Source of the DNA: Flectonema sp. DT1601
Lineage: Eukaryota
Length of the DNA: 64,000 nt
NCBI GenBank assembly: GCA_964019425.1
Contig: OZ025799.1
Span: 744,001-808,000 of the forward strand
Direction: 5' to 3'
Position 1 is the stretch's first letter; each line of letters starts with the position of its first letter. Positions 21,483 through 32,977 of the stretch are shown here, one piece after another. The position numbers and the translations under genes are program-made. The notes under the pieces are model-generated. The model searched no databases, was not told the origin of the DNA, and saw only the letters and a list, made by a program, of their open reading frames with translations.

Positions 21483-23687
21483 TCAAACTGAAACACGAAG
21501 AGAGATACCATTCTGTAGCATTGCTGCAACTCTGGCCAGTACTTTGTCTGACTGAGTTCGACGTTTTTTTATTTCTTTCCAGTTTCCTTCGTTGAATGAC
21601 TTGACATAGTCAGGACTCCATCCCCAATCAACTGGATCAGTATTCTCTGATACCTCTTGATGCATTGTAACTGAAAGCCATCTTTTTAATTCCCTCGCTT
21701 GAAGTTCGTAGACAAGAAATGACTCATCGCTACACCAGCGATCGATTGGACGACGGGTCGGAAAGTCAAATGGAGCATTGGCACAAACAGCAAACGTACC
21801 AACATCTTGTGCAGCTAAGCAAAGCAAATGACATGTTCTGAGACAAGTTCCAAAAACTGTGACGAATCTCTGATCTCTAGTTCCAACCCTACCGCAATGG
21901 ACGGGACCTGATGAGATTCCAATCCTGGCATCGTCTCTGTAAAAAAGACCATACATAAGTGATACGAAGCGAAGACCATCTTGGAAATGACCGCGGGAAA
22001 CCCTTGTTGTATTCCATCCTATAGTAATTGAAGAAGACATGACTGATACGATTGATCCTTCAGTTCGTTCCATGCATGTGATTGTTTTACCAAGTGCCGT
22101 ATTTATAAAATATTGAAGAAGATGATCATCAGAATTAATAACCATATGAACAGCACAAACAGTTGAATTCTTCTTCGCTAATTCCAATTCCTGTGATATT
22201 CGATGATCGTGATTAATGCTAACACTGGGTACACTTGGTGCTACACTTATAAAGGAACTGCAACCAGAGCTGACCTCAAGGGAGTCAAGATTGAATTGTT
22301 TTCGTGATAGGATTGCTATCGTACATTGGTGGTCACCAAAACCCTTTAAGTCTTCAGATTTAAAAGTGAATGACCATCCCTCAGCAAGAACGATTTCATC
22401 AATAAAAGTAGAATCGAGAGCAATACCTCCAGGGACGCACACACCTTCCATCCTAGCTGCTTTATTTGATGTTCGACCAACGTAGTCAGTCCTCCCGTTT
22501 AATGGACATATTTGGAGGTCGACATCACCATGATGAAGTCCTATCCTCAACATTAGTGATGAATTCTCGAATGACTGTGGTACAATTAAATCACTCGGCC
22601 ATACAGTAATCGTAAATTGTTCCTGAACAGCAATCGCAAATGTAACTCCGTCTGCTAGGGTCTCAAATGCAACCATGAAAGAATCACCAATCGTTTTAAC
22701 TTCGTATCCTCCGTGCTCAGCCATACAACTTCTTATTATTTTGTTGTGAATTTTAAGAGCTTTTGTCATCGCGTCGGGAGATGCTTCCCAGATGGCTGTT
22801 GAGGATTTCAAGTCTGTAAATAAAACAGTAGCTGGGCTCTGAGGGGGTTTTACCAAATCATGAAATTGAGTTCCCCGTCGCAGGTCAAATAGTGAATCTG
22901 GGAGGTATGGACGATACTCGTTCAGGTTTCTGATTAGTAGTTTAAGTATCGCAGTGAGGTCAGTTGGATTCGAATCGACGATGTGATTTTCAGCCTCATC
23001 GAGGTCAAGGCGAACAAGTGCTGCGACTACTGTCTCCGCAAGTGAAATACTGGATTCCAATTTTTGTTGACCAGCTCTCATCTTATTCGCAAAATTTCTA
23101 GTACAATAATAATCCATAACGAAAACTCCAATAAACACCATGGTGTAGATCAATGTTGATTTTAGCTTTTTCTTACAAGGCAAGGTCTGAACTTCATCAG
23201 GAGTAAGCCCAAGACATTCTAAGTCAATAGCTTTGTCTCCGTAAATAATATCAAATAAACCATACCTGCCAACACTTTCGGTCATTATAATTAATAAATA
23301 AACTACTAATGTTACTACAATACCAGTACCACATTTCTCACTTAAGTTACATAGTAGTGTGATGTCAACTACGAGTACTACACATGGCCATAGAGGTTCT
23401 TCCACTTCACTTCTAGCAAGGAAATCAAGAGCTATGATAACAAATAACCACATATACAATCCAAATACAACTTCACTTCTTGTTTGTTTTTTTGTTGCAA
23501 ACCACTTTAGCATAAACAACGCACCGAGTCCTGCAGCAAAACCACAGATAACCCCACGGGGCTGTGGTCCCACTGCAGACAGAGACCCACAAACTGAGAA
23601 CATCATACTGTACATGGTTATTTTCTTAATTCGTCTATCTTCAGCCGTATCAGACTCAGTATAAAAATACTCAATAATCGAATGCAT
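21483..23687 (-). CDS. Multi-pass membrane class III adenylyl cyclase with a second degenerate cyclase-like domain
   Basis: About 6 N-terminal TM segments. Catalytic motifs LFTDLKSST, EVKTIGDSFM, RIGLHHG and DYVGRTSNKAARME (ATP-specifying K and D). C-terminal RIGISSGPVHCGRVG...FVTVFG remnant. Likely ATG at 23687. Confidence 0.88.
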   Translation of the reverse strand: MHSIIEYFYTESDTAEDRRIKKITMYSMMFSVCGSLSAVGPQPRGVICGFAAGLGALFMLKWFATKKQTRSEVVFGLYMWLFVIIALDFLARSEVEEPLWPCVVLVVDITLLCNLSEKCGTGIVVTLVVYLLIIMTESVGRYGLFDIIYGDKAIDLECLGLTPDEVQTLPCKKKLKSTLIYTMVFIGVFVMDYYCTRNFANKMRAGQQKLESSISLAETVVAALVRLDLDEAENHIVDSNPTDLTAILKLLIRNLNEYRPYLPDSLFDLRRGTQFHDLVKPPQSPATVLFTDLKSSTAIWEASPDAMTKALKIHNKIIRSCMAEHGGYEVKTIGDSFMVAFETLADGVTFAIAVQEQFTITVWPSDLIVPQSFENSSLMLRIGLHHGDVDLQICPLNGRTDYVGRTSNKAARMEGVCVPGGIALDSTFIDEIVLAEGWSFTFKSEDLKGFGDHQCTIAILSRKQFNLDSLEVSSGCSSFISVAPSVPSVSINHDHRISQELELAKKNSTVCAVHMVINSDDHLLQYFINTALGKTITCMERTEGSIVSVMSSSITIGWNTTRVSRGHFQDGLRFVSLMYGLFYRDDARIGISSGPVHCGRVGTRDQRFVTVFGTCLRTCHLLCLAAQDVGTFAVCANAPFDFPTRRPIDRWCSDESFLVYELQARELKRWLSVTMHQEVSENTDPVDWGWSPDYVKSFNEGNWKEIKKRRTQSDKVLARVAAMLQNGISLRVSV

Positions 23688-25341
23688 TTCCTTTTTTTCC
23701 CCCCCTTCTTTTCTGTCATAGATGAGTTGTTTTTTTACAATATCGAAGCACACTCAATATCGATTATATTAGGTGCCCATCATAGGCAGCTACCCCTCAC
23801 AATATTATGAGTTTTTTTCGGATGCTGTTTGAATTGCTATGATTTGTGTTATTGTAAAGAAAAATCCCTATCAAATCCCAGTACTAGAAACAACTGTCCT
23901 CGCAGTAAGAAATATAGTCAGGTGAGGGGTGTAAATGCCAGGTAAATTATCAGGCAAGATGGCGGAACTTTCTAACAATTCTCCCTCAACACGTACACCT
24001 ACTTCGTCCGTGTGAGGAGTACTACTGTTGATAATTGAACCTGCCGAATGTCTTTTTTTTCTTTTTTTTTTTTCTTCTTCCTCCCTTGCTTTGTCAATAC
24101 GCATACCAAGTGCACAAAAATAAAATGGGGAAGGTGGAAGAAAGAAAAAAAAAAGTACACTGGTTTAAGAAAAAGACAACAGAAATGACTGAAGGGATAC
24201 CGAGAATGATTGGGAATTGACAATTCGCAAAAGAAAGGAAACGGCAGGTTTGACTAACATTCCAACTCCCATTGCAAAGAACATAAACAAAATTCACATT
24301 TAAGGGGGAAATGAAAAGGGAAAAAAGAAGAAGAAGAAAAGGAATCGGGGTAAGAACAGAAACAGTCCTTGATTTTAAATAATAAGAAGTAAAAAACAAG
24401 TCAGCTGACATCAACAGCCTATGAAACTCTCTCTGAAAAGATGACGAGTGAGACTTACTAAAACAAGTTACTTATCCGATTACCATCACAGATTGAGGTG
24501 CCGTTATGTAGCAACTAATTGGAAATAAATAACCAACGATTAGTTTGGAACTATACCAACATTTCACACAGTCTCTCAATAACCAGAACATCAGTTGGTG
24601 AATAAGATTGACGAGTGATGACCAAAAGTCCTCCATCATAATTTGGTTCAGCTATCTTGTTGTACAAACAAAGAAGTTGATGGTATATGCGCTGGGTATC
24701 AGGAACTTATAAAATAATAAAGAGAGAACAAAAAAGAAGAAAAAAAAGAAGGGGAAAAAAAAAAAGGACTTTCAGCTTCAATGCAATCAGTCCTTAGCAA
24801 GAAGAACAAAAAAAAAAAAAAAAAAAAAAAAAAAACAAAAAAAAATCAGAGAAAAAAATCAAAACCTTGTTTGATCATACCCGTAATGAACGATTCAAAA
24901 AGAAAAAGCACACATATAATTAGTAACAGAGAAAAAAAAGGGGGGAAAAACGATCACTTCAAGTATCTACATGCGACTATCACGGAATAACCTCCACGCA
25001 CAATGAGGTATTATTATTAATAAAGCATTATCGTTAACTTTATTGTTGTTGTTATTTTTTTTTAAAAAAATACAATCATGCAGAAACAGAGATTGATGTA
25101 TTGTGCAGAGTGTCGTACAGCAACACAAGTGTGTATAAAATGGGGAAAAAAACCTCCTCAGGAATGAAGGGTTTTTGCTTCGTTTTTTTTTTTTTCTTTC
25201 CTTTTTTTCAAAGTCTTTTTGTAAGAACTCATAAAGTAAAAAAGTGTTCAGTATTTTTCAATCTGAGAATCCGATAAGGAAACAGACGACAATTTCAGTA
25301 AAATCTTTCAGCCAATAATACGAAGTATTCCTCAGGAATTA

Positions 25342-27756
25342 CTAAAACTGAATACTTTTTCCGCCAGCTGCCGAACCAGGAAGTCGAATAGGTGATAATG
25401 GAACTGGTAATAACGGATTTGAATAATCAAGTCTGCGAGAACTTTTTTTATAGAAATTCTCAGACAGGTGTGAATCACTTGACGGCGGCGCATAGTCACC
25501 AGATAAGCATTCATCATAGCTGACTGTTTGTCGACTGCAGCTCATCTCTTTGACACCGGGAAGAGATTCAACGGCTCTGACGAGTGACTTTAGTGTTTCT
25601 GATTGAATTGTGAGACGCGCTTCTATTCTAGAAATCGGATCATCCATTTCTGTTCTACTTCCTCGATGCTGCGCCAGTCTCTTTATCTTTGTACTCTTTT
25701 GACAAGCCGTAGACATTCTCCGTGAACCCCCGAAACTATCGCTTCTTACGCTTGCATCTTGTGGTGGTACCGTATGCCTCATTAATGCGACTTCCAAAGT
25801 TGCGCTCTCAGACTTTTCAACTGAGATAGCATCTCCTTGGCTATGTTTTGAATTGCTGAGTGATGGAGAAAGTGGACCGGCCTCTTTTCTAACTCGTTCT
25901 ATTTCTTCTTTGAATCCAGGAAAATTCTGTAGCACCTCTTCGAATGATGTCCGACTCAGTTGGTATAACTCAGTGTAAGAAAGTGTTTTAATTGAGCGAT
26001 TGAAAGCCCCTCCAAGTAGCAGTTCCTTCTCTCCGAAGTAGTCACCCATTCTAATTGTCATTTCATATCCTTCTTTAGGTTTGACAACATCACAAAATCC
26101 ATGTGAAATTAAATAAAGGCTATCTGCCACCTGACCAGATACCACAACGAATTCATCGGGTGCGTACACTACGGACATTAGTTTTGACGCGGCATCGATT
26201 TTACACTCTTCGTTTGCGTATGCGAAGATGCCAACAGGACTGAGGCATTTTATTTTTAAATGCAAATCTAGATTTGATCTCATTGTGGTTGGTAAAGAAT
26301 CGAATAAATGATCAAATGCCTGAACGTCACTTTCAAAAGAGTGAGCTAAAAATGACAATATATCTTCCTGTAGAGTTGGAGGAACTTCTAAGAATTGTAA
26401 GACTTCGAGCGTCATTCGAAGTCGGGTATGCCCGTTAGTCGCAACGTTTGGTCTTAGCAGTTCTCCTGTTAACCTACCAATTAAGACTGCATTAAATACA
26501 GCTCCCAACGCTATGACAAAACAAGCATAAGCATGCTGTGCTTTAGTTATCACAGGAACGTCACCATACCCAGTAGTTACAACTGTGTATAAAACCCAAT
26601 AAAATGAAGTATGGTAGTACCGTAGCTTTTCATGATATTTCGTTTCTTCACTACTTTGACAGACAACTAACCAACCACAAGTAAGCCAATGAACACATAA
26701 AAGACACCAAAATGCCATTTTAATGTTTGGGACGTAATCAAAGTGAAACTTTATAAAAGCTTTACTTATTTGAGTACTCGATGCTCTTCCTCCCCAAAGT
26801 TTTTCAATTGTTAAAAGACGACATAGTCGTAGATACCCGATTATGTTTCCAGCAGTCTTCATTCCCATTGAATACAACAAAATATCAAATGGCAATGAAG
26901 AAATTACATCAAATTTAAAACGTTTACTATTTACATAATCGGACAGTAATGTTTGAGAGGTCATTAATTGATTGGTTCCGCTACCTGAAAGTGTCCGACA
27001 ATGAAACACCATATCAATGAACATAATAATAGTAAGAGTTACCTCAACAGGAAGTCTATCATCAGTATCATATCCCCAATCATCAACGTCAACCCACTGA
27101 ATTGGTGATGCGATGATTCCATAATAGAAAGTAACTCCTAACATTAATAAGTCCCAACACCACTTCCACTTAGAGTCAGGTAGTATTGTAAAAGGAGGGA
27201 CTAGATTCTTTACTGCTCGACACATGTGTTCTGCTCTGTTCGCTGTGGCCATGAGTTCTACTTCGCCTTTGATTCTTTTAAAGCGACGCATTAGTGAAAA
27301 GAATTCGTTTCTGTCGAGTTCTTTTGAATTATCAGCATCGACTTCTTGCATGAGTTGCTCAAGTTCTTCCTGTGACATTGGACATCCCAATCCAATCATT
27401 AAAGCGTCAATCTCAGCGAGGTCAATAGTTCCACTTCCGTCAGCATCGAAGATGTCGAACATTTTATTAAAGTTCTGCAGTTCTACTTGTGATAGTTCGA
27501 CAGCTCTTCCTTCTTGAATTTCAATCTCTGCTGTTCTTTCGGCAGCTTCGGCAGCTATGTGACCCAATGCTGCTTTCTTCTCTTTCATTGAACATATTCG
27601 GTCCAACTTCTTTCCAAAAAATGACGATTTTGATTTCGTATCTGCCCCTCCATCAACCGCAAGCCCCACTGCTTTCGGAGAAGGTGGCAGAGAATTATGT
27701 GATTCTGTTGACGTGCTTTCCACAGCATTGCCACTAAAACTACTAAATTCACTCAT
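25342..27756 (-). CDS. EF-hand-containing 6TM K+ channel with cyclic-nucleotide-binding-homology domain
   Basis: EF hands DADGSGTIDLAE and DADNSKELDRNE. S1 WDLLML, S4 YLRLCRLL, pore TTGYGD, CNBD LYLISHG...GDYFGE. Confidence 0.88.
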   Translation of the reverse strand: MSEFSSFSGNAVESTSTESHNSLPPSPKAVGLAVDGGADTKSKSSFFGKKLDRICSMKEKKAALGHIAAEAAERTAEIEIQEGRAVELSQVELQNFNKMFDIFDADGSGTIDLAEIDALMIGLGCPMSQEELEQLMQEVDADNSKELDRNEFFSLMRRFKRIKGEVELMATANRAEHMCRAVKNLVPPFTILPDSKWKWCWDLLMLGVTFYYGIIASPIQWVDVDDWGYDTDDRLPVEVTLTIIMFIDMVFHCRTLSGSGTNQLMTSQTLLSDYVNSKRFKFDVISSLPFDILLYSMGMKTAGNIIGYLRLCRLLTIEKLWGGRASSTQISKAFIKFHFDYVPNIKMAFWCLLCVHWLTCGWLVVCQSSEETKYHEKLRYYHTSFYWVLYTVVTTGYGDVPVITKAQHAYACFVIALGAVFNAVLIGRLTGELLRPNVATNGHTRLRMTLEVLQFLEVPPTLQEDILSFLAHSFESDVQAFDHLFDSLPTTMRSNLDLHLKIKCLSPVGIFAYANEECKIDAASKLMSVVYAPDEFVVVSGQVADSLYLISHGFCDVVKPKEGYEMTIRMGDYFGEKELLLGGAFNRSIKTLSYTELYQLSRTSFEEVLQNFPGFKEEIERVRKEAGPLSPSLSNSKHSQGDAISVEKSESATLEVALMRHTVPPQDASVRSDSFGGSRRMSTACQKSTKIKRLAQHRGSRTEMDDPISRIEARLTIQSETLKSLVRAVESLPGVKEMSCSRQTVSYDECLSGDYAPPSSDSHLSENFYKKSSRRLDYSNPLLPVPLSPIRLPGSAAGGKSIQF

Positions 27757-28438
27757 ATGGAAGTAAATCCCGCCATGTATTTTCGTCAGCTACAAGTGAC
27801 CTGGAAATAGAAAGACTAATTACTAATTATGAGAGTTGTAACTATAAATTCTTTGTTCTTTGTTTTTTTGTGTGTAAATCATTTTTTTTTTTTTTTAAAG
27901 TTTTTTTTCTTTTCTTTCTTCTTCTTCTCCCCCCAAAAAAGAAAATCAACCAACTCTCGCAATACGTAGCTCCTACTTAATCTGCGGCAGGCCATAATTA
28001 TCACACTGGGCATCGTTATATAAATCACGTAAATATTTACTCTGTTTGGATGTTCCTAAAGCACTAGATTGGTGATAAACGTTATATAGTTGACGACAGG
28101 CATTGAGATCGTTGACTCTGGTAGTTGCTTGGCAATTTATATTATAACATGCGGGCATTGTTTATGTCGTATTGATGTGGTCTGAATGAGTTAAGTTAAT
28201 ACGAAGCATTTTACATTACATAGAGTGAGTCATATTTTATTGGATTCAAAAAAAAAAAAGGATACCAATATAATTACAACTTAAATATAGCAAACAAATA
28301 AGGAGATTCTCTTTTCTCACGCCTACTTCTTTTCGTTTCTTTATTTATTTATTTTTTTTTTCCCCAATCAACTTGTATACCAACAAGCACAGACAGACAG
28401 CTTTTGTACATCACGTGCGTTGGTGAGAAGTAGAATTG

Positions 28439-28469
<31 letters not shown>

Positions 28470-28598
28470 CATCCATTACGGGAGAGTACCGAAGAACTTG
28501 GAAGCAAGGGCTTGAGTTCGTTAGAGCAAAGGGAGTTGGGAATGGGAACGAACGATAATTCATTTCATTTCTTCGCTGTTAACAAGCTAGTTTGTTTT

Positions 28599-28629
<31 letters not shown>

Positions 28630-28820
28630 CCCCCTTTACTAACTAACGTGTAAAAAACAAAGCGACAACCTTGCAGGAATGTTGCTGCTTCTATTTTCAA
28701 ATTGAAAATATAATAAATGCAAAAAAAAAAAAAAAAAAAAGCTCCATAAATATTACGCTGTCAAGACGGCAAAGAACTTAACTTCACAAGGTTTTGAGCA
28801 GTGCAAAAAAAAAAAAAATA

Positions 28821-28850
28821 ATAAGATAAGATAAGATAAGATAAGATAAA
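28821..28850. repeat. (ATAAG)n microsatellite
   Basis: About 6 units read directly. Confidence 0.9.
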
Positions 28851-28879
28851 AAAGGAAACACTGATTACTATAACTGACG

Positions 28880-30796
28880 TTAATAAGAATCGTCGTCGTC
28901 CATGTTTTCCTGATCATCAAATATGTCGCCTAGAGTGTCGAGGATATTCCATTTTTCTTCTTCATCATCATCATCATCATCATCATTCTCTTCTCTTAAT
29001 TCAATCGCTTTTTTAATAGTCGGGAACTCATATCCTACTATCGCTGCGCGGTTTTCAGCGCATTCATTTGTGACGATCATCGTTTTTGCATCTCTGATTT
29101 CAGACACGTCACGTGGGAGTCCAGCTGAGAGATGTAGACCAGTACCTTCTATAGAGACTTTTGCCCACGGAGACCAAGCCTTTGCACATTTAACTTCCGA
29201 AATACATTCGGATAATAAAAATAAGAAATCAGCTGGAGAACATAAATTGTTATTCCATCCGGGAAAGACCTCGTCGTCTTCCTCCTCAGGTTCTTCATCT
29301 TCTTCGTCTTCATCATCATCATCAGAATCAGTGTCAGCATCGAGAAGTTTTTTATTCTTCACCAATACCTTGTATGCTGGAGAATAGTTTGCCAGGCTCA
29401 TGGTTTGGGTTTTCTTCATCGCGTTATAGATTAATAAATTACTTAACATTCTCAATTCATTCTCAATTTGTTCTTCTTCGGCTTCAAATTCTAATTTAGA
29501 GATTTCCTTTCGAACTTCATTAGTTATAAATCCAGTTACCCTGGACAGGATATCATGCCTCGACCGATGGGCTATATTGCAGGAGTAGCTTTGAAGTGAA
29601 GAGAATCCGACTTCGGCACATTTTCTGATGAAGATCGACTTTTCTCCTAAGGAACCAATCACTGCCTGTCCCAAAGCAATTATAGAAGGTGATATACGAG
29701 CCTTTAGTCCAACAGTAAGACCATCATTAAGAATATCAATCATGCTCTTACCTTCTTTGTAAGACTCACGGAGAAGTTCAGACAAGTCCGCGCCGAGTCT
29801 AACGTCCATCTCAGCTTCAGAAATAAACTTATCAAAGTCTTCCTGCTCAGGATTTGTTGTACAAAATAATGAAGACAACAATTTGTCTGTATTCATATTT
29901 ATAGCAATATCAAAAGTACATGTATCATCAGCTATGGTGTGTTTCATAATCGCTTCTCCTTCAGTATTAGCAGCCTGTATGTCGGCCATGACAAGAGGTA
30001 TCGCTTCCTTAAATTTTTGCATCCTTTCTGGAGGAACATCTGTCGATAAGTCCACAACCAAACTGACGATAGCAACGATCTTCATCTTCGTATCTGGGAA
30101 TTTTGATTGTGAAATCTTTTCAAAATCTTCTTGGCGGGATGTGCTTACTTTCACATTGACCTGCGTTCTCGGTACTCTAACTTCACCAACGGTCATGTTG
30201 GTGTCAATCTCAATAGGAAGACCAATTGAAGCTTTTAGCTTTGCGGCGTGGGCACGATCACTTCCCTTCTTGGCAGAACGCAGCGCTTTTAACTTGCCTC
30301 GTGCTATAGCTAAGGCGAGTCCTTTGTTTCCACCGCGGGTGCTGTCACATCCCCACCATGCTAAGAACGCATCGAAGTCAATTCGATCTGTTTCTGAAGG
30401 TGACGCTAATGATTTAACAATGCTCGGGATTGATGATTCAGATATTTTAACACCAAGTTCTTCAACCATCTTTTGAAACTCAGCTGGTTCGATAAAACCA
30501 CTTTTGTTGGAGTCGTACTTATCAAAGACTGTTCTGATGCTTTCTTTCTCTGAGTCGCTGAATTTCTTCGTAGCAGCCTTTGAGTTGTCTTCCCTTCTGC
30601 GCTTCTCTTTTATGCTTACAAGGAGTTTAGATATTCTTTCTTGCTGTTCTTGTTTTATTTGTTCTAATTTTTTCAACTGAGTTTCTACGTCATCATGCTC
30701 GATATCACCTAGCAAGTCATCAAAGGGTTCTGGTGCAGCAAGTGTCGCGTCTGGTACAGCCTCCCACGAAGTATCTTGTCTTGGGAAATCCGACAT
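28880..30796 (-). CDS. EF-hand protein with acidic tracts, function unknown
   Basis: 638 aa. EF hand DSNKSGFIEPAEF, a second EF-like IDFDAFLAWW, N-terminal coiled coil and D/E runs. Confidence 0.75.
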   Translation of the reverse strand: MSDFPRQDTSWEAVPDATLAAPEPFDDLLGDIEHDDVETQLKKLEQIKQEQQERISKLLVSIKEKRRREDNSKAATKKFSDSEKESIRTVFDKYDSNKSGFIEPAEFQKMVEELGVKISESSIPSIVKSLASPSETDRIDFDAFLAWWGCDSTRGGNKGLALAIARGKLKALRSAKKGSDRAHAAKLKASIGLPIEIDTNMTVGEVRVPRTQVNVKVSTSRQEDFEKISQSKFPDTKMKIVAIVSLVVDLSTDVPPERMQKFKEAIPLVMADIQAANTEGEAIMKHTIADDTCTFDIAINMNTDKLLSSLFCTTNPEQEDFDKFISEAEMDVRLGADLSELLRESYKEGKSMIDILNDGLTVGLKARISPSIIALGQAVIGSLGEKSIFIRKCAEVGFSSLQSYSCNIAHRSRHDILSRVTGFITNEVRKEISKLEFEAEEEQIENELRMLSNLLIYNAMKKTQTMSLANYSPAYKVLVKNKKLLDADTDSDDDDEDEEDEEPEEEDDEVFPGWNNNLCSPADFLFLLSECISEVKCAKAWSPWAKVSIEGTGLHLSAGLPRDVSEIRDAKTMIVTNECAENRAAIVGYEFPTIKKAIELREENDDDDDDDEEEKWNILDTLGDIFDDQENMDDDDSY

Positions 30797-32119
30797 GTCC
30801 TTAAAGTGTCTGTCGAGAGAGTAACTACTTTTGAAGTATAAATTAAATAAAGAATGTGTGTTTCCAAGAAATAAAGGATACTTTGTTAGTCAGAAGAAAA
30901 GTGAGAAAGCAATCAGTTTTTCGGTGTAAATATGTCGGGTTTTTTTGTTTTCTCTTCTTTCAAACTTTAGTAAGGTTTTTTTTCTTTCTTTTTTTTTTTA
31001 AATTTAAATCCCGGGTAGAAAACACATGCTAGTATACTTCTTTTGCTTTTCTGTGTCCGCTGGAATTTAACCATTATCCGAGAAAACTGTTAGTCTTTAA
31101 AAGTGTAAGCCGGATACAAGTTGACTCCTGTCGTGTTCTTGTGGGTAGTCAGAAAACAACAATAACTATTTAAATTATTAAGGCACTACTCCACTCACGT
31201 CAGGAGCATTTCTTGTCCCAACCCTGACATACATTGGAAACATTGCTGTTTATTGTTCCCCTGGTTTACTCACCACTCTTCCCTTTTTTTTTTAAAAGGA
31301 AAATAATTCAACCGGAAAAAAAAATGATTTAACGGAATGCGTGGAGGAGGGGAACACCTGAAAGTTCATCCGTCGAGCGCACTGAGGATAGATAAGTTCA
31401 GAATCTTTGCAAAAAGAAACCACCACTCAGGTGTTGATATCACTTCTATGCAAAGATCCCACGTGTTCTGAGGAGTGAACTATATGATACTAAGATAGAG
31501 AATGAGAAGTTAGTGAACAAAAAGAAAGGCAACAAAAGAATATTTCATGTTTTAAATACAAGTATGTGGTAGTCGCTGCAAACAGGACAGCAGAACTACA
31601 AGTCTATGGTAGTTTGCATCATAACAGGGTCGCATACAAAGACCCTTCCTGTGTAGGAGGGTTCCTCTTCATTATATTTGGTAGCCGTATGCAAAAGGTA
31701 CATCAAGCACCTTAAAGTACTGAAAAGTTGTAAATAGTTAAAAAAAGAGGAGAAAAAGAAAATTGTAGTCGGTATGAAAAACAAAATAAAATAATAACCA
31801 CCTGACCATTCATAGGATAGCCAGTTATCCTTGTCACAGACTCAAGAATGAAAAATATAAAAAAATAATAATAATAATAAAAAGCTGTTATGATTCTTCC
31901 ATTTCACACTGAGCATGCATTACTTCAACGACGGGAACGACATAGCTTAAGGTCACTTGAAAACGACAACTCAGGGGGTGAAACTTTGACAATGTAAAAA
32001 CAGTAACAACTTTAGGTATTATTAAAAAACAAAATTAATATCAAGTTCTCAGGGGAATAAAGTAGGAAATAGAACGACTACATTCCTAACTAAGAAACTA
32101 AAAGGAAAAATATTTCAAC

Positions 32120-32151
<32 letters not shown>

Positions 32152-32977
32152 GAGCCGTCCAATTGTAGTTCCTCTTGACTTTGATGAAGGTTGATAAGGG
32201 GTAAGAATGACATAATAACCACTATCCACATCGAAAAATTCGTATTGCAAAAAGCCTTCTTCCTTTTTTTTTTTTTACCAGCTGGATGAGATACCATAAA
32301 TGTACTCAGTTTTGGAGAAGTTAGAATATGAATTCAAAAAAGAAATATAAATAATAATAATAATAATAATAACCACGGTATCTCAAAACTTATTTTGGAT
32401 TGTTTTCTGTTCTATAATTTCAGCATAAGAGAGTACCTCAATACTACCAAATACTAATCATTAAAAAAAATAAAATAAAATAAAAAAAATAAGAGGTATT
32501 TAGAACGTATGTCTTCTTTTTACTTTTAAAAAGAGAAACCGAATACCCCAAACAAGACTACCTATTAAGGTTAAGTGTCGAAGCCAAAAAGAGTAAAAAT
32601 AAAATAATGTCATGCTGTTTCACTCACCGGAGCTGTAAGAATCGAAGCAATATATATTGGACATCAGTGACAATGTACATTATTCTTTTAGAACCGAGAC
32701 TTTAGAGCAGAAGGGAGAGACCAACAAGCTTAACAATATTATTTTAAATAAGAAATATGGAATGAAGAAACTAATAAACATGGAGCATCGTACGAGCCCA
32801 GTTGAATGAAGAGATGGATTTTCTTGAGTGTATCAGGAGAGCAATAAAATGATATTCTCAAAAGACTAACTTCGAAAAACACAACCCGTACTATTTCTAA
32901 TAAAAAAACAAAACAAAACAAAATAAAAAATACCGCACCGAAAAAAATGATTGATGTGTACGAGAGGAATGACAATA

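Noticed and set aside
24531..24541. AACCAACGATT resembles, from memory, the start of the diplonemid spliced leader
   Set aside because: Only 11 nt match, with no downstream CAGTTTCTGTA core or splice donor, and it lies on the non-coding strand.
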